The translations under genes were made by a program, and so were the position numbers. DNA of 64,000 bases, taken from sequence record DRR723986_8415; one strand, written 5' to 3'. This document shows positions 19,344-28,891 of the stretch, piece by piece. The notes under the pieces were generated by a model, which was not told the origin of the DNA, ran no database searches, and saw nothing but the letters and a program-made list of their open reading frames with translations. The stretch's first letter is position 1. The number at the start of each line of letters is the position of its first letter.

Positions 19344-21239
19344 ATGGCGGAGTTAGATCAGCTTGGTTGTTCGGTTGCAAGCGAACTGCTTTCATCAATT
19401 GCTCGCAGCGAGACAACTGGTGAATTTCGCGACTGCGCCCTGAAAGCCATTTCGGCCTGGCTCAACGATGCGCGGGTCGCTTGGGTGCACCAGGACGGTT
19501 CGCACTGGAGTGTTGCGGGCAGCGTTCACTCGCTTTCGCAACTGCCCATCGAGACCGCGGCCGCAGCGAGCGACCAGAATAGCGTCCTGTCCGCTGAGGG
19601 CTGGTTGGCTGTGCCGATTTCGTCACGTGCTCTACCAGCGGAAGTGTTGTTGATCAGTCCGGCGTCGAGCCTCGATGTGGAGTCGGCTGAGTCGATTGCA
19701 AAGCTGCTCAGGAGCGGTTTGCAGATTAGCATGTCGCACGGAGTGATGTCGGCGCGGGCGGAACAACTACAGACCCTGATTCAACTGGCTGTTGAGTGGC
19801 ATAATAGCCAGGATCTGACTGAACTGCTTGAGAACATGGCTCAAGCAGCGGCGCGGGTTATCGGCGGCGATCGGGCGAGTATTTTCCTTTGGGATCAGCC
19901 CAATAAGCAGCTCATCGGACATCCCGCCATGGGAATCGAAGAGACTCCACTTCGCATTCCCGACGGCGTTGGCATTGCCGGTGCTGTCTTGAAGTCTGGA
20001 TTGCCGCAACGCTGGGATGCTTCAGGGAATCCTGATGAGATCAATCAAAAGGTAGGCGAAGACGTCGGCTACGTTACCAGTTCGCTCGTTGCAGTACCGC
20101 TGCTTGGGCGGAAGAAAAAGCCGATTGGTGTGTTCGAAGTGCTCAACCACCGCAATGGTCGCTTTAGTCCCGAGGATGAGGCCTTCTTGGTTGAATTGGC
20201 CAGCCATGCGGCGGCTGCTGTCGAGAATACTCAGCATATCGAGGCTCTTGTTCAGACGCGTGATCGTTTGGTCAAATCTGCGTCCGACACACTGCAGATG
20301 GTTGGCGACTGCCATCAGATCGCCGCTCTTCGCGACACTGTTCAACGCGTAGCTCCGACGGAACTGGCCGTTCTGATTCTTGGTGAAAATGGAACTGGGA
20401 AGGAAGTGGTGGCCAAGAGCCTGCATTTGCAAAGTGATCGGAAGGACCAACCGTTCGTTGCAGTCAATTGTGCAGCCATCGCTGAAACCTTGCTTGAGAG
20501 TGAGTTATTCGGGCACGACAAGGGAGCTTTCACGGATGCGATCGCGGACCGTGCGGGCAAGTTCGAACTCGCCTCTGGTGGAACTCTGCTGCTGGACGAA
20601 ATCGGCGAGATGAGTCTTGGTGGGCAAGCGAAATTGCTTCGCGTACTGGAGGACAAAGTCGTTGTCCGAGTGGGTGGTTCAAAGACCATTCAAACCGACG
20701 TGCGGGTCATCGCGGCGACCAATCAAGATCTTGTAACGCTTGTTCGCGAGAAGCGTTTTCGTGAGGATTTATATTTTAGGTTGAATGTTGTCACCCTTCA
20801 GCTTCCGCCGCTGCGCGAGCGAGGTGATGACGTCGTGGTGCTCGCGGAGCATTTCTTGGATCAGTTTGGGCACCAGATCGGTCGTCCACCGCCGACGCTC
20901 TCCAGCTCGGCACGAGATCGACTGCTTCAACACTCATGGCCGGGAAACGTTCGAGAGCTGCGAAATCTTATGGAACGTGTTGCCTATTTGACGAAGGGTA
21001 GCGTCGTTGAGGAAACGGACTTGGCGTTTGTACTCTCTCCAGCCTCTGGTAGCGATGTGGCTGCCATTCCGTCCAACATGTCGCTTTCTGATGCCACTTC
21101 CGCTTTTCAGAAGCAGTACATTGCCCGCCATGTCGACGCCGCTGAGGGGAATTTGGCTCGCGCGGCCAAGCAACTTGGCATGCACCGATCCAACTTGTAC
21201 CGCAAGATGACGCAGCTTGGGATGAGTAGCGACGACTAA
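19344..21239 (+). CDS. GAF-domain sigma-54-dependent transcriptional activator
   Basis: GAF domain, GENGTGKE Walker A, ESELFGH, GAFTDA, LLDEIGEM, WPGNVREL, Fis-type HTH. Confidence 0.93.
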   Translation: MAELDQLGCSVASELLSSIARSETTGEFRDCALKAISAWLNDARVAWVHQDGSHWSVAGSVHSLSQLPIETAAAASDQNSVLSAEGWLAVPISSRALPAEVLLISPASSLDVESAESIAKLLRSGLQISMSHGVMSARAEQLQTLIQLAVEWHNSQDLTELLENMAQAAARVIGGDRASIFLWDQPNKQLIGHPAMGIEETPLRIPDGVGIAGAVLKSGLPQRWDASGNPDEINQKVGEDVGYVTSSLVAVPLLGRKKKPIGVFEVLNHRNGRFSPEDEAFLVELASHAAAAVENTQHIEALVQTRDRLVKSASDTLQMVGDCHQIAALRDTVQRVAPTELAVLILGENGTGKEVVAKSLHLQSDRKDQPFVAVNCAAIAETLLESELFGHDKGAFTDAIADRAGKFELASGGTLLLDEIGEMSLGGQAKLLRVLEDKVVVRVGGSKTIQTDVRVIAATNQDLVTLVREKRFREDLYFRLNVVTLQLPPLRERGDDVVVLAEHFLDQFGHQIGRPPPTLSSSARDRLLQHSWPGNVRELRNLMERVAYLTKGSVVEETDLAFVLSPASGSDVAAIPSNMSLSDATSAFQKQYIARHVDAAEGNLARAAKQLGMHRSNLYRKMTQLGMSSDD

Positions 21240-21432
21240 GCTGTCGCCGGAGCATGCGCTGTCGCAAATCAGATAGCAAGCCGTGATTGAGTCAAGCGAT
21301 CTCAATCCTTCGAGGGATCGTTTTCTGGGCGTGACCATCGAAGGACTCTGTCCCCACTAGACTCCGAAGGGTCCGAGCACTGCTCGTGCATCGCGCGCGG
21401 CTCGTGCCTCTAGTCGACACCAAGTGGACGAG

Positions 21433-21813
21433 TTAGAAGTTGGAAACCCGCGTGCGGATATCCTTCAATTTTGTGCCAGTGAGCTTCTCCTGCAGCTTCT
21501 TTACGATTTGACGCTTCATAAAGTAGATTTCCTGCATGGTGGGGCTGTCCGAGACGTGCACGGTTAGCACACCGCGTGATAAGTTCCCTGGTCGACTGCG
21601 GGACGAAAGCTGCTCGCCGACTGTTTCGGCCCAGATTCGCTGGAGATCTTCGGCGGCCTTGGTTTGCCCATAACCAGCTTGAGTCATCAAGCGTTTGACG
21701 CTGCCGCCAATTTTCTGCACGTTTAGCCTGGATGGACGCTGTCGAATTTGTGACAGGTGCCAAGCCTCTTCCGAATTCAGTTCGGTCTCTGGCCGTTTGG
21801 GTTTGCGATTCAT
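21433..21813 (-). CDS. DUF721/DciA-like protein (helicase loader family)
   Basis: 126 aa with W...VG..L...S.P..L..GVLTV.V pattern and QEIYFMK...IVKKL. Confidence 0.75.
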   Translation of the reverse strand: MNRKPKRPETELNSEEAWHLSQIRQRPSRLNVQKIGGSVKRLMTQAGYGQTKAAEDLQRIWAETVGEQLSSRSRPGNLSRGVLTVHVSDSPTMQEIYFMKRQIVKKLQEKLTGTKLKDIRTRVSNF

Positions 21814-22003
21814 GCAACTAACGCTGTGGTTTTTCGGAGTAAGTTCTGCACAATAGTCAGTCTAGCAAATCTCGAAGATAACGTCGCGAGCGGCTGAGCC
21901 CGCACTTTACTGTGTTCGTAGACCTGCGGCAGGTAAGGGCTGCATATGTGGACTCAGAAGGCAATCGCAAGAGATCTCTACACCAAGGTAGCTGGAGTCT
22001 TTA

Positions 22004-23035
22004 ATGTCCGAAATCAGTCCCGCAACTTTCCAGAATCTTCTTGCAAAGTGCAGCAACGGTGCGTTGAGCCAAGAAGAGATGCGCAGTGCGATCAATTTGG
22101 TTCTCACCGGCGAAGTAGAAGATGACTTGATTCGCCAGTTCCTCATTGCTGTAGCCGAGCGCGGTGAGACGATTGACGAGCTGAGTGGTGCCGCACTTGC
22201 GATGAGAGATTCGATGCAGCGAATCGTTCCGCGAAGGAAGCCGGTAGTTGACACTTGCGGCACTGGGGGCGATGGAACCAAGACGTTCAACATCAGCACC
22301 GCAGCCGCGTTGGTCATTGCTGCCTGCGGAGTGCCGGTTGCAAAACATGGCAATCGCAAAATCACCAGTAGCACTGGTTCAGCGGACGTTCTTTCAGAGC
22401 TGGGCATCAATTTGGAGGCGTCGCCAGCGCAAGTGCAGAGGTGTTTGGACGAAGCTGGGATCTGCTTTTGTTTTGCACCAGTCTTTCACCCAGCTATGCG
22501 GCATGTTGGTGCGGCTCGCAAATCGATCGATCGCCCGACGATTTTCAACCGTCTTGGTCCGCTGTCGAATCCTGCACTTGCCGAGTGCCAAGTTCTGGGC
22601 GTTGGCAATGCTAGCCTGACGCGACCGATGGCGGAAACGCTTCAGCGCCTTGGCACGCAGTCTTCCATTGTGGTGCGCGGTGACGATGGGGTGGACGAAG
22701 TTAGCCTTTCCGATGCAACGAAAGTCTTCCACGTCACAGAGTCGGAGATTCGTGAGCTCGTGTGGACTCCAGAAGACTTTGGTGTTCAGCGAGCTGATCG
22801 CGATGCCCTGTATGCCGATAGTCCTGCCGAAAGTGCGGCTTGCATCAGAGAAGTGATTAGCGGAAAGCCTGGCCCGAAGGCTGATGTTGTCATCTTGAAT
22901 GCGGCGGCCGGAATATGGCTGACCCAGCCCGAAAGCAGCCTCAATGCGTGTGCCGAGCTTGCTCGAGAGGCGATTGGCGGCGGAAGAGTGCAGCAAATCG
23001 TTGAATCGTTATCAACGCTCACCAATCAAAGCTAG
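22004..23035 (+). CDS. trpD: anthranilate phosphoribosyltransferase
   Basis: DTCGTGGDG, TFNIST, KHGNR, GSAD, FAPVFHPAMR, TIFN, DEVS. Confidence 0.96.
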   Translation: MSEISPATFQNLLAKCSNGALSQEEMRSAINLVLTGEVEDDLIRQFLIAVAERGETIDELSGAALAMRDSMQRIVPRRKPVVDTCGTGGDGTKTFNISTAAALVIAACGVPVAKHGNRKITSSTGSADVLSELGINLEASPAQVQRCLDEAGICFCFAPVFHPAMRHVGAARKSIDRPTIFNRLGPLSNPALAECQVLGVGNASLTRPMAETLQRLGTQSSIVVRGDDGVDEVSLSDATKVFHVTESEIRELVWTPEDFGVQRADRDALYADSPAESAACIREVISGKPGPKADVVILNAAAGIWLTQPESSLNACAELAREAIGGGRVQQIVESLSTLTNQS

Positions 23036-23122
23036 CGACCCCCAGGATTGCTTGCATTGCGACTACAATAGAGTGGTCAACGAGGTGCGTTGGCTGCGGT
23101 GAACGGGCGTTGCAAAGAAGAG

Positions 23123-23162
23123 AAAAAAGGGCCGCATTAAAGTGCACAGTAATGCGGCCCTT
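23123..23162 (-). terminator. intrinsic terminator, minus strand (no minus-strand CDS upstream)
   Basis: 13-bp perfect stem 23127-23139/23150-23162 with a 6-A run at 23123-23128 (U-tract on the minus strand). Confidence 0.7.
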
Positions 23163-23221
23163 CCCGCTGAAGCTCTTTTGTTGCCCCTAAGAGCTTCATT
23201 GGTAACGGTAGCGCGCGTCCC
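23123..23221 (-). ncRNA. candidate small RNA with GGGGCA loop
   Basis: Orphan terminator, perfect 10-bp hairpin 23168-23198 (loop AGGGGCAACAA on minus), and TACTAT -10-like box at 23233-23228. 5' end inferred. Confidence 0.45.
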
Positions 23222-23376
23222 GTCTATATAGTATTGTCGCACATTCCCCCCCATTTCGGCTGGCGACTGTGCGCCAAAGTCACTGCTGTTTTTGGTTATC
23301 GCATTTTAAAGCTTGCCATTTGCGGCAAACCGCGGTACACCTCAAGTAGTGGGGTACTTGAAAAGGGGTAAACAAA

Positions 23377-24021
23377 ATGATTAGCGAAACAAGCGTTGCG
23401 ACGGCAACGGAGACACAGTGCAGGGTGCTTCTGGTTGATGATGATCCTGCTGTGTTGGATCTGATGGGCAAGATGCTAGTAAGCGGCGGCCATCGCCCCG
23501 AAATTTTTGACTCGCCGCTAGCTTTGCTATCATCTCTGACGACATCCGATGTTGGGTGTTTGATCACCGATCTCGACATGCCTGAACTGACTGGCACGCA
23601 ACTTCAATCTCGGTTGCTCGAGTTAGATAGCAGTTTGGCAGTTGTTGTTGTCAGCGGGAAAGCTGACGTTGCCAGTGCGATTGAGGTGATGGGCAAGGGA
23701 GCACTGACACTGATCGAAAAACCATTCCGTGCACATGTCCTGATGCAGGCTGTCGAAAACGCACTTCGACAGAGCCGGCGTCGTGACGAGAATAAGAAAC
23801 GGATACTAGCGGCCCGAAAGGCGATTAGCCTGTTGAGCGAGGAAGAGCTAGAGATCCTGAATATGGCTGCAAGAGGCCTGCCGAACAAAGCGGTCAGCCA
23901 TGAGCTAGCGCTTTCGCCACGAACCGTAGATCGTCGTCGGCAATCGGCGTTCACAAAGCTGAATGTGAACTCGGAAGCAGAATTCGCTCTGATCCTGGCC
24001 GCCTCGGAGGAAGAATACTAG
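23377..24021 (+). CDS. FixJ/LuxR-family response regulator (no adjacent kinase)
   Basis: VDDD, ITDLDMP phospho-acceptor Asp, EKPF, and LuxR HTH GLPNK...LSPRTV. Confidence 0.92.
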   Translation: MISETSVATATETQCRVLLVDDDPAVLDLMGKMLVSGGHRPEIFDSPLALLSSLTTSDVGCLITDLDMPELTGTQLQSRLLELDSSLAVVVVSGKADVASAIEVMGKGALTLIEKPFRAHVLMQAVENALRQSRRRDENKKRILAARKAISLLSEEELEILNMAARGLPNKAVSHELALSPRTVDRRRQSAFTKLNVNSEAEFALILAASEEEY

Positions 24022-24597
24022 CGGACGTTTGCTGCCGCCATCGACGTAAGGCGGCATTCTCCTGCTCGTACTTTTAATCGCATTTCTGCCCGTAAGCTCG
24101 ATGCGGGCTAGCTCGCGAAGCCAGGAAACGTTCGTCCGGTGGGCTTTATAGCAGATCGAGGACGGTCCGGCGGCTCGTCTACAGGTTAGAACGCAAGCAC
24201 ATAAAACCGGTGACGACAAAGAGCACCGAGACGATTCCCCACTGGGTAACGTCCATTTCTTGCATCACCCAGTACGTATTCTCAAGGCCTTTGCCCAGCC
24301 ACTGGGACACTGTTCTCAACATTCCGGCACCTTAAATATTGCGTTCGAACCCTATTGTCCGAACTGTCTCGTTATCGAACGCCCCTGAATGTAAACACGT
24401 TTCGATGTGTGCACGTTCGCAGATGGCCCCGCTGAAACATAGTCTTCCCCCACGCACTGGTCGCAAACTTCTCTGCAACGCTGCTAGAATTCGGTAACGA
24501 ATGTCCGACCTGGGCAGAATATTAGGGTTTAAACGCAATTGCCTAACGGTCCAGGGGAGCGTTGGTCGATCTGCTCTTAAAGTCTCTCCAAGAGGTC

Positions 24598-24625
24598 TTG
24601 CAGACCGTCATCGCGTGTCTATAAT
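24598..24625 (+). promoter_or_regulatory. sigma-70-type promoter of tRNA-Asp
   Basis: TTGCAG-N16-TATAAT about 45 nt upstream of the tRNA. Confidence 0.6.
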
Positions 24626-24669
24626 TCCTCGTCTCAGGCATGCACAACAGTAGTTGATTCATGCCTGCT

Positions 24670-24743
24670 GGCCCCGTAGCTCAATTGGTTAGAGCACTGG
24701 ACTGTCGATCCAGAGGTTGAGGGTTCGAGCCCCTTCGGGGTCG
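24670..24743 (+). tRNA. tRNA-Asp(GTC), CCA not encoded
   Basis: Acceptor stem GGCCCCG/CGGGGTC, D-arm AGCTCAATTGGTTAGAGC, anticodon arm CTGGA-CTGTCGA-TCCAG, T-loop GGTTCGAGCC, discriminator G. Confidence 0.96.
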
Positions 24744-24750
24744 CTACGCG

Positions 24751-24785
24751 AACCCTCGGTTGCTTTTCGTGACCGAGGGTTTTTT
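24751..24785 (+). terminator. intrinsic terminator after tRNA-Asp
   Basis: AACCCTCGGT...ACCGAGGGTT stem followed by a T-run. Confidence 0.85.
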
Positions 24786-24813
24786 CATAGCGATTCAGCA
24801 TTTAGGTTCTCAC

Positions 24814-24873
24814 ATGCATTTACTTAGCTGCGTGATTATCGGCCGCCTCGATGGCGGCACCAGCAAGGTCTGA
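24814..24873 (+). CDS. putative branched-chain amino-acid leader peptide of cimA (MHLLSCVIIGRLDGGTSKV)
   Basis: 19-aa uORF with LL and VII codons, directly upstream of a terminator and cimA. Confidence 0.65.
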   Translation: MHLLSCVIIGRLDGGTSKV

Positions 24874-24910
24874 ATCACAGCATAGCGTGAAAATGTAATC
24901 GTTTATTTCG

Positions 24911-24945
24911 ACCCCTGGAGCTTGCCAAGAGCCCAGGGGTTTTTT
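24911..24945 (+). terminator. attenuator terminator upstream of cimA
   Basis: ACCCCTGG...CCAGGGGT stem plus T-run. Its 5' arm can alternatively pair with 24860-24870. Confidence 0.8.
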
Positions 24946-25040
24946 CGTATCCGTTACTCAGCTACAGCAGCAGAATTTTCCTTTGGATCGAAAATCCAAT
25001 AGAAGCCAGACAAGAATAAAGCAACCGAGGAAGGTCGCCA

Positions 25041-26627
25041 ATGAGCCGGCAAATTGCAATCTACGACACGACCCTGCGCGATGGAACGCAGGGCGAGGGA
25101 GTGAGTTTCTCGCTTCAGGACAAGCTGAATATCTGCTCGCGATTGGCTGAAATTGGGATCGACTATATCGAAGGTGGCTACCCACTTTCCAACGAAAAGG
25201 ATGTCGCTTTCTTCGAAAAGGTCCGCAGTCTGGACCTCGGAGAATCCAAGGTTTGTGCATTTGGAATGACACGACGCAAAGGGATCCTCGCCGAGGATGA
25301 CCCTGGCATGAAGGCCATGGCAGCAGCCCAAACACCCGTTTGCACAATTGTCGGCAAGAGCTGGGATTTCCACGTAACCGATGTTATCAACGCGACTCTC
25401 GATGAGAACATCGCGATGATTGCCGAAAGCATCGAATTCCTCGGAAAGACCAGCGAAGTTACCTATGATGCCGAGCACTTTTTCGATGGCTACAAAGCCA
25501 ACCCCGAATACGCCCTGAAGACCATTTGCGCCGCTGCTCAAGCTGGGGCTAAATGGCTCGTCATGTGTGATACCAACGGCGGCTCCCTGCCAGAGGAAAT
25601 TCAGTCAGTGGTGACGGCCGTTAAGAATGCGACCGAACAATACGGCGTCGGCCTCGCGATTCACTGCCACAATGATGGCGACCTTGCAACAGCCAACTCG
25701 TTGGCAGCCGTTGCCGCAGGTTGCGATCAAGTGCAAGGAACAATCAATGGCATCGGAGAGCGCTGCGGGAACGCAGACTTAATCACAGTCGTTGCCAATC
25801 TTGGGCTCAAATTGCAAGGGTACGAGGTTCTCGGCGGCCGGAGCCTAGAACACTTAACTGAGCTTTCCCGCTACGTCTACGAAACGGCTAACTTGCAACT
25901 CCGCAACAACCAACCGTTTGTCGGGCAAAGTGCTTTTGCTCACAAAGGCGGCATGCACGTCCATGCAGTCAATAAGGCAGCGAGCACTTACGAACATTTA
26001 GATCCGACCAAAGTTGGCAACGAACGTCGTATTCTCGTAAGTGAACTGTCGGGACGTTCAAATATCATTGCCCTGACCACCAAGCACAATATACAGTCCG
26101 ATCGCAAGCTGATGGACAGTATCCTTGCCGAGGTCGTCAAGCAAGAGAATGAAGGTTACCAGTACGAATCGGCTGGCGCTTCTTTTGACCTGCTGGTCAA
26201 GAAGTGCGCTGGTAATTTCAAGCAGCATTTCGACACGATTAAGTATCGCGTTGTTGCTGGAGATCGCGACGCGAAACGAGGCGGGGCGTTTGCCGAAGCC
26301 ATCATCAAACTGAAAGTTGGTGATCAAGAGATCTTTGAAGCGGCCGAGGGCCATGGTCCAGTCAATGCACTCGATGCAGCACTTCGTAAATCCCTGGGAG
26401 TCGTCTTCCCTCAGCTCGAAAAGATGTTCCTTCTCGATTACAAAGTCCGCGTCGTCAATTGTGAAGCGGGCACGGCGGCACGCATCCGAGTCAATATTGA
26501 GAGCTCTGATCACGAACATGTTTGGGGCACGATTGGCGTGAGTGAAAACTTGATCGAAGCGAGCTGGTTGGCGCTAATCGATGCCGTCGAGTATCAACTG
26601 ACAAGACTGGAGAATGCCGGTGAGTAG
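25041..26627 (+). CDS. cimA: citramalate synthase
   Basis: YDTTLRDGTQGEG, IEGGYP, VGKSWDFHV, DAEHFFDG, HCHND, GERCGNA, AHKGGMH, and C-terminal regulatory domain GPVNALD/DYKVR. Confidence 0.93.
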   Translation: MSRQIAIYDTTLRDGTQGEGVSFSLQDKLNICSRLAEIGIDYIEGGYPLSNEKDVAFFEKVRSLDLGESKVCAFGMTRRKGILAEDDPGMKAMAAAQTPVCTIVGKSWDFHVTDVINATLDENIAMIAESIEFLGKTSEVTYDAEHFFDGYKANPEYALKTICAAAQAGAKWLVMCDTNGGSLPEEIQSVVTAVKNATEQYGVGLAIHCHNDGDLATANSLAAVAAGCDQVQGTINGIGERCGNADLITVVANLGLKLQGYEVLGGRSLEHLTELSRYVYETANLQLRNNQPFVGQSAFAHKGGMHVHAVNKAASTYEHLDPTKVGNERRILVSELSGRSNIIALTTKHNIQSDRKLMDSILAEVVKQENEGYQYESAGASFDLLVKKCAGNFKQHFDTIKYRVVAGDRDAKRGGAFAEAIIKLKVGDQEIFEAAEGHGPVNALDAALRKSLGVVFPQLEKMFLLDYKVRVVNCEAGTAARIRVNIESSDHEHVWGTIGVSENLIEASWLALIDAVEYQLTRLENAGE

Positions 26628-27252
26628 CGGCGACACCTCCGCCCCGCTCTTCATCAGCTTCGATGGTGTTGATGGGGCCGGGAAATCGACTCAAATCGAA
26701 ATGCTGCGTGAGCACTTTGCGCGTGCGAATCGGGCAGTCCAAGTTTTCCGTGATCCCGGCGGCACGGCCCTGGGCGACGCAGTTCGAGAGATCTTGCTGC
26801 ACAAAAAGGAAATTGAGCTCGAGATGACAACAGAGATGTTGTTGTATATGGCCAGTCGATCGCAACTGGTTTCCGAGCTTATCAATCCCGCGCTCGCCGC
26901 AGGCGATATTGTCATCTCCGATCGCTACTTGCTGGCAAACATCGTCTACCAGGGGCACGCTGGTGGCCTGTCACCGGATATCATCCGTAGCGTGGGGCAA
27001 ATCGCCACTGGAGGACTCAAGCCGGGTTTGACCATCGTTCTGGATTTGGCCCCAGAGATTGCGATGCAGCGAGTCGGCCGACAGCAAGATCGCCTTGAAA
27101 GCCGCGGCCTGGCTTACATGAGCAAAGTCCGGGATGGTTTTCTATCCGAGGCCGAGGCAGATGCATCTATTAAGATTGTCGATGCATCGCAGAGTATAGA
27201 AGAGATTCATCAAGAAGTGATTCGAATCGTTGAATCGATAACCGTTGTCTAG
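26620..27252 (+). CDS. tmk: dTMP kinase
   Basis: FDGVDGAGKST P-loop, RDPGGT, SDRY, YQG, DRLE. GTG start overlaps the cimA stop. Confidence 0.94.
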   Translation: MSSGDTSAPLFISFDGVDGAGKSTQIEMLREHFARANRAVQVFRDPGGTALGDAVREILLHKKEIELEMTTEMLLYMASRSQLVSELINPALAAGDIVISDRYLLANIVYQGHAGGLSPDIIRSVGQIATGGLKPGLTIVLDLAPEIAMQRVGRQQDRLESRGLAYMSKVRDGFLSEAEADASIKIVDASQSIEEIHQEVIRIVESITVV

Positions 27253-27344
27253 GCTCCGTGCCGATGGCGAGCCGCGCTATGCGACTCGCCGTCGAGCTTC
27301 CTAAGGACCGATCGTGACGGTCCGATTGGGTGAGATCCTGCTGG

Positions 27345-28841
27345 TTAGCGAATCGCTTTGTCAGGCAGTTCTCCCTTGATTCCCTCATCCATGGGCATCT
27401 CGTCTTCATCGATTCCGGTAGCTGCCATTAGCTTGACCAGCTCGGCACGAAGCTCCTTGATCAGGCCTTTATGCTCGGGCAAAAGGGCAAGGTTGGTGGT
27501 TTCACCAGGATCATTCTGCATGTCATAGAGCTCTGCCATGTGGCGGTCTGGGCTACCATCTCCATGCGGATAGCGAATGTACTTCCAGCGATCGGTTCGA
27601 ATTCCGCGGACGTTTGGAGTGTAGGGAAACTGTTTCTCGTAGTTGTAATGGTAGAACCAGCTTGTCCTCCAATCGTCGCCCTTGCCGTTGAGCATCGAGA
27701 CCATGGATGCGCCGTGAATCTTTGCAAGTGGCTCAGCGCCGGCTAGTTCACAAATTGTGGGGGCAAGGTCGACCGTTAAGACCTGCTGTTGAACACGTTT
27801 CGCTTTGCTATCGGCCAGCTTCGGATAACGGATGATGATTGGAATGCGAATACTGGCTTCGTGCATGGTCCGCTTGTCGACCATTCCGTGCTCACCTTCT
27901 AGGAGCCCGTTGTCTCCCATGAAAACGATGACAGTATTGTCTAGCTCTCCACGTCGCTTCAACAGTTCTACGAGGCGTCCCATGCTGTCATCGACGCTAA
28001 GGATGGTGCCCCAATAGGCGCGAACCATGCGTTCAAAATCCATCACCCCCGCGGCAGTTGTGTCGGGGAATTCTTTCCGCCAATCAAACAGAGGTCCGTA
28101 AATTCCATGCCACGTCGTGAGACGTTTTCCAATCCACTCAGGCTTGCCGTCCAGCTTGAACGAGCTGTGGGGATAGTTTATTTCAACGTCGTCAAAGGCA
28201 TTTTCGTACTTCGGTTCTGGGAAGTAGAAGCTGTGCGGTGCTTTGTGCCCCAGCATCAACATCCACGGCTTGTCCTTTTCTTGACCGCCAATCCAGTCTT
28301 CGGCCATGTCGGTCACGACAGTTGTATAGTAGCCTTCGACGACCTTTCGTTCTTTGCCGTTGAAATTGAATTCGGTGTCGAAGTACTTGCCCTGCCCTTT
28401 ATGAGTCACAAAGTGATCGAATCCGGGACGCGGGCTGTCGTTGTCTTCACCCATATGGTACTTACCGACGTAAGCGGTGTTATAGCCCGCCTTTTGCAGT
28501 TGCAATGGGAAAGTCCCCATGCTGTCGGGGTATTCGGTGAAGTTGTTGGTTACACCATGAGCGTGTGCGTACAGGCCACTCAAAATCGAAGCCCTGCTGG
28601 GCGAGCACAGGCTTGTCGTGCAGAAGGCGTTCTCAAAGAGAAGTCCCTCGCTAGCAAGTTGGTCAATTTGCGGAGTCTTCAAATGCGGATGCCCCATGCA
28701 TCCGAGTGCATTCCAACGTATGTCATCACATAGGACGACCAGTACGTTGGGGCGGTCGGCCGCCCAACAACGAGCTGACGCAAAAATCGCCAACGTTAAA
28801 AAAACAAGAGTCTGAATCGATTTCATCAAATTGTTGTCCAT
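27345..28841 (-). CDS. Cys-type sulfatase (N-acetylglucosamine-6-sulfatase-like)
   Basis: [37 protein letters not shown]. Confidence 0.93.
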   Translation of the reverse strand: MDNNLMKSIQTLVFLTLAIFASARCWAADRPNVLVVLCDDIRWNALGCMGHPHLKTPQIDQLASEGLLFENAFCTTSLCSPSRASILSGLYAHAHGVTNNFTEYPDSMGTFPLQLQKAGYNTAYVGKYHMGEDNDSPRPGFDHFVTHKGQGKYFDTEFNFNGKERKVVEGYYTTVVTDMAEDWIGGQEKDKPWMLMLGHKAPHSFYFPEPKYENAFDDVEINYPHSSFKLDGKPEWIGKRLTTWHGIYGPLFDWRKEFPDTTAAGVMDFERMVRAYWGTILSVDDSMGRLVELLKRRGELDNTVIVFMGDNGLLEGEHGMVDKRTMHEASIRIPIIIRYPKLADSKAKRVQQQVLTVDLAPTICELAGAEPLAKIHGASMVSMLNGKGDDWRTSWFYHYNYEKQFPYTPNVRGIRTDRWKYIRYPHGDGSPDRHMAELYDMQNDPGETTNLALLPEHKGLIKELRAELVKLMAATGIDEDEMPMDEGIKGELPDKAIR

Positions 28842-28891
28842 CTTGTATGTTCAAAAGTGTTAGTTGTCTTATTTGCTATCGGCTCAGCAGT

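Noticed and set aside
20520-20540. GAFTDA instead of GAFTGA in the sigma-54 activator
   Set aside because: A common functional variant; not evidence of sigma-54 independence.
23063-23254. 63-aa minus-strand ORF
   Set aside because: Runs through the terminator hairpin and has no motif; the region is better explained as structured RNA.
24022-24597. Long intergenic region checked for tmRNA, 6S, SRP, RNase P or riboswitch
   Set aside because: No recognisable conserved motif by eye, only a weak hairpin at 24033-24056. An Rfam scan would be needed to exclude these fully.
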